Positions 27,745 through 40,650 of a stretch of DNA of 64,000 nt are shown piece by piece (within the stretch, counting starts at the first letter, position 1; each line of letters begins with the position of its first letter). Both the position numbers and the translations under genes were made by a program. The notes beneath the pieces are model-generated. The model saw only the letters and a list, made by a program, of their open reading frames with translations, was not told where the DNA came from and searched no databases. The stretch comes from Felis catus (taxonomy: Eukaryota). The stretch covers positions 93,746,001 to 93,810,000 of the forward strand of contig NC_058368.1 of assembly GCF_018350175.1 (NCBI RefSeq), read 5' to 3'.

Positions 27745-27947
27745 CCTCGACCATCAACCAGGGGCAATTTTTGCCCTCCAGTGGGCATTTGGCAATGTCT
27801 GGAGACATTTTTGATGATCACAACTAAGGGAGTGTTAATGGCACCTTGAGGGTGGAGGCCACGGATTCTGCCAACCATCTACAACGCACAGGACAACAAA
27901 GAATTCTCCAGCCCAAATAGTAACAGTGCCAAGATTGAGAAGTCCTG
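27745..27947 (+). mobile_element. MER20 DNA transposon
   Basis: caaccaggggcaatttttgccctccagtgggcatttggcaatgtctggagacattttt...aacagtgccaagattgagaagtcctg. Confidence 0.8.
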
Positions 27948-28238
27948 ATTTAAACCAAAGCCAAAATAATATTATTGTGAAAATGCAACTTGTCAGGTAT
28001 TTGCTACCATTAAGAGTTACCCTTTTCTCTGGGTAGCCAAACTTTTGAGTCTTTAAAATAAGCAATGAGGGGTGCCTGGGTGGCTGGTCCAACTCTTGAT
28101 TTCAGCTCAGGTCATGATTTCATGGTTTATGAGATTGAGCCCCACGTTGGGCCCTGCACTGGGCATGGAAGGCAGCTTAGGATTCTCTCTCTTTCCCTCT
28201 CTCTGCCCCTCTCCCCTGCTCACATCCTCTATCTAAAA

Positions 28239-28270
<32 letters not shown>

Positions 28271-28752
28271 CTAAAATAAAATAAAGTAAAATAAAATAGG
28301 CAATGAGGCTTAAGCTCCAAAACTCAAAGAAGGTTTTAAGAATCAAAGACACTTTTTTTTCCTACTGCCTCTTTATTTTCTATTGACAACAATCTGGCCT
28401 TGGTGGTAAGATGACTTCTACCAAAAGCCTAAAACAGCTCTGGATTTCCCACATTTCAGGTGCACACAGAGGGTTCTGCCCACAGTCCGAAGTTTTCTGG
28501 ACCGCTGTTTTATTTCTTGGGGTAGAAGTGTCTGGCCTTGAGGAAATACAACTGTACTTCACTGGCTGGGTAAAATGTTTACCTTCTCGCGGCCTCCGTT
28601 TCTCTTTGAAAAGAGTGGGGGGAGGGGACTCTAAACACACTTCCCGGAAAGGCTGTAATATTAACGACTAGACAGTGTCAAAGAGTTTACGTAGCACAGT
28701 GCCTAGAAGACAGAAACATACAACAGATGACAGCTCTTGTAATGATTCTTAC

Positions 28753-29143
28753 CTCTTTTTTTCTTTCTTCCAGGGCCAGAAAGGTTTGATACCATTTCTC
28801 ATGCTGCTGAACTTCATCCTGTGTTCTTGCAGGAAGGTTTTCGAGAACCTCTCCCATAAACGCCGGCTTCCCTTTATGTTTGTTTCTCACCTTTACAAAG
28901 TTCTGGTGGTCATAGTCGTCCCAGCCCCCCTGTCGCCCTCCTGTCTGCTGAAGGAAGTTTTCAAAATCTACCACTTCTTCCGGAAGGGTGCCTGGCGTCA
29001 TTTTGTCTACAGGAACCTTGCCCGACGCTGCTCTGCAAGCACGTTCTGCTCCTGAATGACCCAAAGCCCAGGTGTCGATTTTTCTTGATATGGCACTCAG
29101 CTCATTATTGGTTGTTTTCTCTTCTTTAATAAGCTCTTCATAC
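28753..29143 (-). CDS. CCDC112: CCDC112 coding exon 6
   Basis: ttgtag|G; YEELIKEEKTTNNELSAISRKIDTWALG...PEEVVDFENFLQQTGGRQGGWDDYDHQNF...LEERKKE; 391 nt; donor GAG|GTAAGA; overlaps ORF 28687..29064. Confidence 0.96.
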
Positions 29144-29557
29144 CTACAATTTTAAAGGTAAATTGTCAATAATAAGATACAAACCAATCCATATGAACCT
29201 TTCCTTTTCCACCCTCAAATTTCATTATTCCTGACTCTTTCTGTGTCATCGTCTCCACTTAGAATTATTAACATTATAAGCCTCAAAAGAGTTTCCTCAG
29301 AATAAAAAACAAAAACAAAAACAAAAACATCATTCAAATTCTTATTTGGGACATTATCTTGTCCGAACATGAATGAAAACTCAGTTTAAACATAAAAAGC
29401 AGCCTGAAACCTAAAACAAAAGAAGAGAGGTGTTATACTGCTTTTGTGTAAGACCTATATTAAATACAGAACAATAAAATGATTTGTGAACAACCTATTG
29501 AGAGGCAGTGAAACATAAATGTCAATAATTTTATATTAAAATGAGTTTGAAACATAC

Positions 29558-29633
29558 ATCAATCTCTGCTCTTCCTTGAAAGTATTAATTGCATTTTCAA
29601 TTTCTTCCATCATTTCTCTGAGCTTTTCAACAA
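29558..29633 (-). CDS. CCDC112: CCDC112 coding exon 5
   Basis: ttacag|TT; (F)VEKLREMMEEIENAINTFKEEQRL; 76 nt; donor AT|GTATGT. Confidence 0.95.
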
Positions 29634-29981
29634 CTGTAAAAAAACAAAAAAATATGAAAAAACTGTTATGTCATATCTTTAAAAAAAATTTTTTTTAATG
29701 TTTATTTATTTTGAAGGAGACAGAGACAGAGCTCAAGCAGGGGAGGGGCAGAGAGACAGGGAGACACAGAATCCGAAGCAGGCTCCAGGCTCTGAGCTGT
29801 CAGCACAGAGCCTGACGCAGGGCTCGAACCCACAAGCCGTGAGAACATGACCTGAGCCAAAGTCGGACGCTTAACCGACTGAGCCACCCAGGCACTCCTG
29901 TTATGTCATATTTTAATATGACTAAGAATTAAATGTTGGGAGAAAAGGGAATGTCACACCTTAGCTTAAAAATGCTTTGTA

Positions 29982-30200
29982 GGGGCGCCTGGGTGGCGCA
30001 GTCGGTTAAGCGTCCGACTTCAGCCAGGTCACGATCTCGCGGTCCGGGAGTTCGAGCCCCGCGTCGGGCTCTGGGCTGATGGCTCAGAGCCTGGAGCCTG
30101 TTTCCGATTCTGTGTCTCCCCCTCTCTCTGCCCCTCCCCCGTTCATGCTCTGTCTCTCTCTGTCCCAAAAATAAATAAACGTTGAAAAAAAATAAAAAAA
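29982..30200 (+). mobile_element. Young felid CAN-SINE, CCDC112 intron 4
   Basis: Full-length, perfect TSD AAAAATGCTTTGTA (29968-29981, 30201-30214). Confidence 0.93.
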
Positions 30201-32272
30201 AAAAATGCTTTGTAACCTAAAGGATAAGACAATTGCACTTTTATGAAGCTAATGTTTATGGCTGCATTTTTTTTCCGACTATAAATTTATTCCTATACAC
30301 ACATATTATTAAACCTTAATATCATTATTTTTCCCATAGAAATGTGTTACACTACACATGCTGTCTTGTGACAACCGGTTTTTATTTAACAAAATGTGCT
30401 TAAACACATGTGGCTAACTTTCCATATCAGTATATATGTATGTCCCCCTCATTCTTTTCATGGCTACATAGTCTTTCATTGTCTACATCTACCCTAATTC
30501 ATTTAATTAATTCTCCAAGCGATGAACCTTTCGATAGATGCAATGCCATGCTAAATATTTTTGTGTACTGATTTTGCATGCTCGGATGTTTTCAGATGAT
30601 AACAGAGAAATCTGAAATGCCAAATAAAACAGCATACGCACCTCATGGTGTGGAGGACGCTGGCGCACTGTCCTCCTGGGAGGCTCTACCGACTTACTGT
30701 TCCTGAGTGCCCCCTCCTGCACACCTCGAACCGTTTCCAAAACGGGAGGCCAAACCTATCATGACTGATTTCAGTGACATTGTTGTGATTATTAATGAGC
30801 CTAAGCAGTATTTTCACATGTGTTTTGTATTTCTCTTATTATAAACGAGCACCTGATAATCTTTACCCCCTACTCTATTAGGTTATTTACCTTTGTTGCT
30901 CCAATTTGTGGGCACTCTTTTTTTTTTCTTTGAAAGAGAGAGAGAGCTCAAGGAGGGGAGAGGGGCAGAGGGAGAAGGAGAGAGAACCTTCAGCAGTCTC
31001 CATGCTCAACGTGGAGCCAGACACAAGGCTCGATATCACAACTGTGAGATCATGACCTGAGCCAAAATCAAGAGTTGGATACTTAACCAATTGAGCCACC
31101 AAGGTGCCCCTGTCAGCACTCTTTATATGTTACGGATATTAGTTTTTTTATAAGTTACATATGTATTGCTGATACTTTCCTAATTTGTTTTTCAACTTTA
31201 TGGTTTGGGGCTTTTTTGTAAAGTAGTCAGGTATGTTCACTCTTGTCTTTATGGCTTCTCATTGTCATTCTTATAAACTAGAATACAATGATAAAAATAT
31301 TAACTCATATTCTCCTCTAGGATTTTTATGGCTTCATGTATGAATTTAATAAATAATAATTAGGAGAGTCACAGTTACTTTTTTTTTTATTAGTGCTTCC
31401 TAGATTATAAACACTGAACAAATGTTTTACATGCACTGTCTATCTCCCAAAGACTCCTGAGTCAGGTCCTATGACTATCTCCTCTTTACAGCTAAGGAAA
31501 TAAAAGCTCAGAGAGATCAAGCAATCTGCCCACAATCACATAATGAATAAGGGATTTGATCCTTCAGGAATGAATGTCGGTGTATGCAGGGAGGTAAAGA
31601 CGCTGTTTCATTTTTTCCAAATGGCTGACATTTGCCCCAATACTACTTAACCGCTTCCTTATGTATTCTAAATGCAATTATTTGAAAGGTAATTATTTCA
31701 AAAAGTAAATGATGGGAAAAGCACTGGGCTTAGGAATCAGGAAATTAGTCTTTTTCCTCTTTGTCAGCTGAATCTGAACTCCTCCAAACCAAAAGTTTCA
31801 TCCTGTAGGTGACAACATTACCTGTTCTATCTGCTTCATAATTTTTAAGGATATGATAGCATTTTTAAAATGTTTATTTATTTATTTTGAGACACACAGA
31901 CAGCAGGAGGGGGAAGAGAGAGAGGGAGAGAGAATTTCAAGTAGGCTCCACACTGTCAGTGCAGAGCCCGATGCGGGGTTCGATCCCGCAAGTATGAGAT
32001 CATGACCTGAGCCGAAATCAAGAGTCCAGCGCTTAACCAAGTGAGCCACCCAGGCGCCCCAGGGTGTGATAGCATTTTAAAGCAATTACATCAGCACCAG
32101 ATATTAGAAGTAATTACCTAATACATCTTTATTAATCCCTAACCAATAAAGTAGGGCTGAGTTCCATTAAGGCCAAACAGAAAACCTGCTTATTAGGAAA
32201 GTATAAACAATTCTAACAAGCATCAGGCAATACTAATACAAAAGACAGAACATAAAATCTAAATTTACTTAC

Positions 32273-32362
32273 AGTCAGGTGTAGGCTTCACATCTTTTAA
32301 CTGATGCTGAAGTTTCTTTACATTGTTATGTATTTTGGCCAATTGTTGCTGGATTTTTGCTC
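32273..32362 (-). CDS. CCDC112: CCDC112 coding exon 4
   Basis: ttatag|GA; (R)AKIQQQLAKIHNNVKKLQHQLKDVKPTPD; 90 nt; donor T|GTAAGT. Confidence 0.95.
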
Positions 32363-35300
32363 CTATAAGGAAGAAGTATGTACTTTACCGACAGAGGTGG
32401 TTGTAAGACTGATCACCATCACTTAGTAAAAGACAGCCAAGAGCAATTACATAATGGACAAAAAAAGGTTATTTGTGTCAAAACAGCCTGAACATTTTAA
32501 GTACTCTAAACAAATAAATAAACAAACAAATAAATAAAGCATCTCCCAATCTCCTCCAGTATTTAAAAGCACCATGGGTTAAATCTTACCATAAAAGGAA
32601 ATGTTCTTTCTCTCTCTTTTTTTAACTCTTTGGGGATTGAGTGATTGGACACTGCTCTGAACACATGAACACAGAGAACAGTAGCTTAGATGTGGTCGTG
32701 TTTTGTTTTTAAAAAGTTTTTTCTTTCTTTTTGAATTTGTTATAATTTACGGAAATAGAATTTGATCTCAACTCTATCGTTGGCATATTAAAACTGCCTA
32801 ACCAGTATTAATTCTATGAACACTGACAAACTTCCTAATGGGAATTAATTTCATCTAATCACATCCTCCAAGACAGGGGCTGATAAGACATGTGATGTAA
32901 CAGTGACACCAGCCATGACCTTGAGATGCCCAGCAGCCAAGGAGTGGTACTTAGGCTACCGTTTGCCTACCTCAACCACGGGACTAGCCTGGAGTCACTC
33001 ACTAGGCCCACAAAAAAAGCCTGGAAAGCAGATGAAGGTCTCACAGACATTTTTAGATGTTCTGTAGCAGCAGCAGAAAGACTGGATTCATCTTTTGTAT
33101 TTTTGCTCTGAAGTAATAACCTTACTTTAATGTTTATTTAAATTATTAGGCTAATATATATTCACAGACATATGTTCATATAATTGATATTATTATTTAT
33201 TGTTTATCATCTTTGGGTATTTTATGTGCTTCCCCTTTACTTTCTGGCAACTTTCCCACAAATGAGCATAAACCATCAAACAGCTCTGTCCAAAAGTCCT
33301 CAGAACCAATTAGGTTTTATGTATTTACTTACTTATACTTTATTTATTTTGAGAGAAAGCACAAGTTGGGGAGGGGCAGAGAGAGAGGGAGAGAGAGAAT
33401 CACAAGCAGGCTCCACTCAGTCAGCACAAAGCCCAACGCGGGGCTTGAACTCACAAACCGTGAGACATGACCTGAGCCGAAAGCGGCTGCTTAACCGACT
33501 GAGCCATCCAGGTGCCCCCCAATTAGTTTTTTAAAAGTTTACCCATAGGACCAGAGACAGTGCTAACGTTCAAAACAAACAATGTATATATGTGACTTTG
33601 GTTTCTTCTACTTTTTACTAAAATCCAAGAGTTCCATAAAATCAGAAACTTATCCAGTGTATTTTATAGGGTCTCATTCATTCACGGTTGCAGCTCTAGG
33701 TCGGGTAACTTTTCCATCAAAGTGTAGGTACTAGGAAAGCATTCAGTTGTTTTGTTTTTGCCATAGTCGGATCAACTACAATGACACTGCCACAGGGCAA
33801 ATGATCTTTTAATTATTCACTATGGAATTGACATTATGTATGGGCAAACCATTAATTACAATAGTATATAAATGCAGGCCAAAATTGTGGTGTGATAGTT
33901 CAGGCAAGAAAAAGGTATTTACTACTTCTAAGTTGTAATATTGGAAGAAGAAACTTCTACATGCTTATACTGAAGTAATGCATTCCTTCCTCTCTTAGAT
34001 AAGCCCAAAGTGCAAATAAAGAAGGGAAAAATGGTATAACAATGGGAAATGAAAAGATACAAATAAAGTTGCCTTAAAAATCGGAATGCACATAGGGGTG
34101 CCTGGGTGGCTTAGTCAGTTAAGCGTCTGACTCTTGATATCAGGTCAGATCTTAATCTCAGGGCTGTGAGTTCAAGCCCCACATTGGGCTCCATGTGTGA
34201 AACCTACCCCCCCTCCCCCCAAAAAAAGGAAACACACAGTATGGAGACACTCTAGTAATGGTATGATTAAGAGACAGAAATATCAGGGGTGCCTGGGTGG
34301 CTCAGTCAGTTGAGTGTCCAACTTCAGCTCAAGTCATGATCTCCCAGTTCGTGAGTTTGAGCCCCCGCATCGGGCTCTGTGCTGACAGCACAGAGCCTGG
34401 AGCCTGCTCCAGATTCTGTGTCTCCCTCTCTCTCTGCCCCTAACCCACTCGCATTCTGTCTCTGTCTCTCTCAAAAATAAATAAACATTAAAAAAATTTG
34501 AAAAAAAAAAAAGACACAAAAATATCAGTCTCTCAGTCTATAAAAGAACTGAGAGAGAAAGTAAGAAATATTAAATTAAGGATGCTTAGATTTCTCCATG
34601 AATCAAAGAGGAGAACTGAACATTTGGTAATTATCTTAGGTCCTGCCGTCATTCCAACAGAGGAGGAAGAATGATTTTTGCTACTACCTGATAGAAGATG
34701 ACTTTTTACAACACTGCAATCTTATATTCTGCAAGAAAAAATTTATTAAGAATTTTTTAATTGACTGTAAAGGAATACCATAAGCAGTCTACTCTTCATA
34801 TAAGTGTTAATATTTTATAAAGCTTAGTTGATAACCATTTTTTCCTTTATGCAATGCTAAGCAGTTTTTTTTTATTAGAACGTAAGGATTTTGCAACATA
34901 TAAAGTCTACAACAAAAGATATTTTTGTAGAATTCCTTTTTTTTTTTAATGTTTTATTTATTTTTGGGAGAGACAGAGACAGAGTAAGAGCAGGGGAGGG
35001 GCAGAGAAGGAGGGAGACACAGAATGCGAAGCAGGCTCTAGGCTCTGAGCTGTCAGCACAGAGCCCGACGTGGGGCTCAAACTCACAAACCGTGAGATCA
35101 TGACCTGAGCTGAAGTCGGACACTTAACCAACTGAAGCACCCAGGCGCCCCTGTAAAATCTTTTAAGGGGGACACTTAGTACACAGTTAACAATGATTAA
35201 TATTCATAACAAACAGCAGAATATATTTACCGTGCACTTTCTCATATATTGTCTTATTGGACGCACAGGCAGCTCCCTGAGGCCAAAATGGTAGGTTTTC

Positions 35301-35734
35301 TGCCACAGACAAGTAAACTCAGGTTTAAGCAACTGTGTAACTTGCCCACTGCACACCGCTGCTACAAACAGCTTCTGCGGCTGCTGCTGTTTACTTACTC
35401 AGTTGACAGTATCAGAGCGATGAGCAAAGATCAGAGCCAAGGAACCCATTTCCCTTCATTAAAGATATTTTAATGGCGTTTAACTGGTTTGGCCACCCAA
35501 AACCAAAACCCTCTTTTTCCTATTACATAGAAAGAAACGCACACAGAAAACAATCTAGTTCGAATGACCAAATAGTGACCTGAGAAAATAAATACACATC
35601 CCTGAAAGACAGACACTACCAACTAGAAAGTACTTTCATAGAGAATGTAACACAGTCAATGCACAAAGGCAAAGTAAAACAACTACAGCCTGATGTTACT
35701 CAACAGGTTGTAGTTCATCATGAGCTCAACTTAC

Positions 35735-35856
35735 TTTCTGTTTTCCTGCTGTTGATCAGTTTATTTTCCAATTCTTCCAGCATATTCTGCTCGCTTCTAA
35801 AGTCACATTTTTGGTTGTAGAAATGACTGCGTTTATCTTTTTCTATGTTAATAACT
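35735..35856 (-). CDS. CCDC112: CCDC112 coding exon 3
   Basis: ttaaag|A; VINIEKDKRSHFYNQKCDFRSEQNMLEELENKLINSRKTE; 122 nt; donor A|GTAAGT; phases consistent with neighbours. Confidence 0.94.
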
Positions 35857-36134
35857 CTTTAAGAAAAGAAATAAATGGCATAAATGTGATTGAAATATCT
35901 TTTAAATTGTTTAAAATATGAAGACACTCATTATAATCAGTACTTACAGATTAATTCGTCTACAGAGTCAAAATATAATTACTAGAATTAATAAGGCTAA
36001 GGAGTCAAAATAGTAGTTAGAAAAGGGTCAAGTTCAATTATAATCATAAGTAATCTGAAATGTTATTTAAATTATAAAATGTGAGTTTAAGAAAAGGCAG
36101 TCATGGACTTGTTTTAAAGATACAATAGCAGGGC

Positions 36135-36169
36135 ATCGCTTTTCAGCCTTTTGGCTAAGATCAAGTATA
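36135..36169 (+). pseudogene. 3'-truncated U2 snRNA retrocopy (first ~35 nt)
   Basis: ATCGCTTTTCAGCCTTTTGGCTAAGATCAAGTATA vs U2 5' end ATCGCTTCTCGGCCTTTTGGCTAAGATCAAGTGTA: 32/35 identical, begins at U2 nt 1, flanked by degenerate direct repeats. Confidence 0.9.
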
Positions 36170-37408
36170 AAAACGCAGTAGCAGGGCGCCTGGGTGGCTC
36201 AGTCGGTTGAGCGTCCCACTGTGGCTCAGGTCATGATCTCACGGTTCATGAGCTCAAGCCAAATGTTGGGCTCTGTGCTGACAGATCAGAGCCTGGAGCC
36301 TGCCGCAGATTCTGTGTCCCTCTTTCTCTCTCTTTCCCTCCCCCACTCGCTCTCTCAAAAATGAATAAACATTTTAAAAAATAAGTAAATAAATAAATTA
36401 AATAGAATAAATAAAAATATAATAGCTATTTGGCTCTTGATTCCAACTCAATCTCATTGTAACCTGAAAATGACCACCATTGCTGATGGCTGCTTTCAAT
36501 AGGGAGATACAGTTAGCTTTTGTAAACTGAATCAATACCTTTAACCTCACCTGAGGTGAACCTCCTTATCACTAAAATGTGAATCATGACAGCTCTCTAC
36601 TACCTAAATAGGGCTGTGATTATATTACACGAGGGCAGGCAGTAGAAATATAACATGGAAATGGAAGACAATATAATTAATAAAAATAAAATTTCAGGAG
36701 GCAAACCATCTACATAGATAGGAATTTTAGTATATTTAGGGATATTGTCTACATTGACTTCAAAGGTTCTTCTGTGCCATCTTTGGTCCTTGGATTTAGC
36801 CCATCTACCAGTAAGTAAGCAAATCTAGTATTGTTTGAACTCCGGGGTAAGACAAAACAAATACTAGCAAGAAGATTTTCTGGTTAGACAGACATTTATT
36901 TTCTCAACACCTGTTTTCTTTCTCCCAGAAATTAACACAAACTCTTCTTCAGTAATCCTGTATCGAATGAATGGTGGAAGGTCTCTGGCCGTTGACTTAA
37001 TTTCATACAACGTGAGGGGCAACTATTTAAGGGAGAGCTTCCCAAGATTCTCCATTTTGCCATCCATTAAAAAAAAGTTAAATATTTATAAGGTGCAGCG
37101 GGGTAAACAGATGAGACTGCCCTGGGCCCTACCCGGCTGCCCCCACGGCTGAGAAGATCACACCGTAGTATGTGGGTATGGGAGAGGAAGTAACAGGTAG
37201 AAGGGAGATGTCAGATGGATCTCGGTCTACACATGAACTCTAAAGGACTGAGGGTGGTTACTGGAGTCTTGTGCTGAGAAGCCCACCTCGGCTCTGGTTG
37301 CAGGTGGGGGAAATTATACGATCATCTAGAAATGTCTGCATGGACACAGGATATGCTATGATAGTAAGTTATGTTTTGCCATTCCTGGATTAAAAATATT
37401 CACCTACA

Positions 37409-37630
37409 GGGGCGCCTGGGTGGCGCAGTCGGTTAAGCGTCCGACTTCAGCCAGGTCACGATCTCGCGGTCCGGGAGTTCGAGCCCCGCGTCAGGCTCTG
37501 GGCTGATGGCTCAGAGCCTGGAGCCTGTTTCTGATTCTGTGTCTCCCTCTCTCTCTGCCCCTCCCCCGTTCAAGCTCTGTCTCTCTCTGTCCCAAAAATA
37601 AATAAACGTTAAAAAAAAAAAATAATAAAA
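37409..37630 (+). mobile_element. Young felid CAN-SINE, CCDC112 intron 2
   Basis: Full-length, perfect 17-bp TSD AAAAATATTCACCTACA (37392-37408, 37631-37647). Confidence 0.93.
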
Positions 37631-40600
37631 AAAAATATTCACCTACAAAGACATTCAAAATGTACTAATGGAGACAAATAGCTAGACACATGAAAAGATG
37701 CTCAACCTCACTCACAGTAGGAGAAACACAAACTTAAACTATAACACGGTTGGGGCGCCTGGATGGCTCAGTCGGTTGGGCGTCCGACTTCAGCTCAGGT
37801 CACGATCTCACGGTTCGTGAGTTCGAGCCCCGCGTCAGGCTCTGGGCTGATGGCTCAGAGCCTGGAGCCTGCTTCCGATTCTGTGTCTCCCTCTCTCTCT
37901 GCTCCTCCCCCATTCATGCTCTGTCTCTCTCTGTCTCAAAAATAAATAAACATAAAAAAAAAAAAAACTATAACACAGTAACAGCGTACACCTATCAGAT
38001 TGGCAAAAAATCACGGGTGTAAGTAATATACTCTGTTGCTAAAACTGTGGGGAAATAGGTCCTCTCACACATTATTGGTGGAATTGCAAATTGCTATGGA
38101 GGGCAATTTAGCAGTATTTATTACATCTGCAAACCCATGTGCCTTTGACTCAGCATTTCTACCTCTAGGACTTTTTCCGAAAGATACACTCACTCATATG
38201 CAAAACAGCATGGACCCATGCAGCTATAGTGATTAGTTATGACGAAGGAAGACTGAATATAACCTAAATGCCCACTGCTATGGGGCAAGTTAAATCAATT
38301 ACGGGGCGGGGGGGGGGGGGGGGGGGACCTTGTGCCCGGGAATACCATGAAGCAGTACTGTGTTCTGTATGCTGATAGGGAAAGAACTCCAAGATCCACT
38401 CTTCTTCCATCAAAGGTTTTTACAGCCAAATGTTAGACATGTCCCAAAGTAGAGAGGCTGGAATGTCTCCCTTCGCATTCCCTCACATCACTCTGATTGG
38501 ACGATGTTACCTTTCTTGGTTCACCTGGCTCTTTTTCCTTGTAATCTCTCTCTCTCTCTCCCCTCTCTTCTCTCTTTTTTTTACTTAAGCCTTCTGAAGT
38601 AAATCCACTACATTATGTAATCTCACCCCAGCATACTTCAGCGTGCCTCTCGGGAGATTGTAAATATTAGACTTCACTATAATGCCATTATCATGTGTGA
38701 TAAAAATCAATAATTCCTAGGCATCTTAGATGCAGTCTTAAAAAAAAAAAAAAGCAAAACAAGATGCAGACTAGTGTGTGCATTATGCTACCATTTACAT
38801 AAAAAAGGAAACATCTGAATATGTATTTTTATTTCCTTCTAGCATATAAAACTTCTGTGGAAGGATACACAAGAAGCTAAAACTAGTGGCTGTCTGAAGG
38901 AAGAAGTAGGTGGCTGGGGTCCAGGGTGAAACAGAGACTTTCCACTGTGTACCCTTTGATATACGTTCATTTGTGAACCATGTGAATGCATTACCTGTGC
39001 CAAAAACAGAACAGATCTGTACTATGATAAACTGTCTTTGGTTTTTTTGTATTCAGTGAAAATTGTTGGCTAGAGACACTCTACCAATGGATTTTTCTAA
39101 TACCCTTTCCATGACTTTTTCCAAAACCTTACAACAAAATGAAGAAAGCCGAAGTGGAGCTATAAAACCAACACATACTCATAAACGAGGTATCTACACT
39201 GGCATTTATCTACACTGGTTTGCTATAGATAGGGCCCTTAACCACTTGATGGTTTATCCTGTATCTAGAGGTAAACATAAGCCCGACTCCTATCCTAGAG
39301 TCCGGTTGTATCTAAATTCATGCATTTTAGGGGCACCTGGGTGGTTCAGTCGGTTAAGCATCCCAACTCTTGGTTTCAGCTCAGGTCATGATCTTACGGT
39401 TCGTACGATCGAGCCCGCATCGGGCTCTGCACTGTCAGCTTGGAGCCTGCTTGGAGATCCCCACCCCCTTCTCAAAATAAAGTAAAAAAATAAAATAAAA
39501 TAAAGTCATGCATTTTAGAAATAAAATAAAAAATAAAATGAAATTGTATTTTCTCAAATTCTGAGTATTAAAAATAGAAGTACTACATAAACGCAGGGTG
39601 AATTCAAACTTCCAAAGCTACATATGGTATAACGTTTCAAAATTCAAACAGTATACTTTTTTGTTGGCAGAATTTCTAAACAGAGAACTGCCACTAATTC
39701 TGGTCCAAAGACCATTCTGTACAACAGGCTCTATATCTCCTGATTCCTTACCAAATCGATACTATACAAATTCAAAGCAGGGTTTATATAAAGCTCTCAA
39801 CTGCAGGGTAGAGCCGGGCATTATGAGTTCTAATTCTTTTGATCATTCTTCGCAATATTCATCATATCGTGGAGCTGCTGACAATGTTGACCATTCAACA
39901 CATGTCACTGGCCATTTAAAGAAATACTATACATACACTAAAAATTAAAATAAATGGCAACTTGTCAAGGACCCTACTCATGATGTGCAGGACGGATCTG
40001 AAAGGGGAGACTGAGGGAGGGAGACCAATTAAAAGGCCATTTCCAGAAAAGTAACTCCAGGGTATAGACTCTTCATTAAAATTATTGATTCCCTCCAAGT
40101 TATTTAACAAGTGCTTACATTGGTAAATGAAAATGCATTGATATATGCAATCTAAAATTTTTGTTAATGTTTATTTTTGAGAGAGAGAGAGACAGAGTGT
40201 GAGCAGGCAAGGGGTAGGGAGAGGTGGAGACACAGAATCTGAAGCAGGCTCCAGGCTCCAAGCTGTCAGCACAGAGCCTGACACGGGGCTCGAACTCATG
40301 AACTGCGAGATCATGACCTGAGCAGAAGTCAGATGCTTAACTGACTGAGACACCCAGGTGCCCCCGATAGGTGTAATCTAAAGAAATAAATGTTTTGTTT
40401 CCCTTGAAATACACATATTCAAAATAGTAGATGAAATTGAAATAGCTCTACTTAAACTTTATATTAAACAGTCTGTAACAATTTGTGTACTTCATACCTC
40501 CTGCCTTTTTCTTGTTCATCTTTGAAAAAGCTGGTGCCTCGAATTTTGTAATTTAATGTGGGACGGGATTGGGTGGAGTAGAATTAACTTTAGACTGTCC

Positions 40601-40650
40601 ACAATAAAATGGCTTGTTATGTTAACTGAAGATAACATTCTTATACTTAC

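Noticed and set aside
39598..39948. Repeat-free, coding-looking stretch in CCDC112 intron 2 (116-aa + ORF)
   Set aside because: Minus-strand frames contain stops, no protein recognised, no poly-A or TSD for a retrocopy; a BLAST/conservation check would be needed to revive it.
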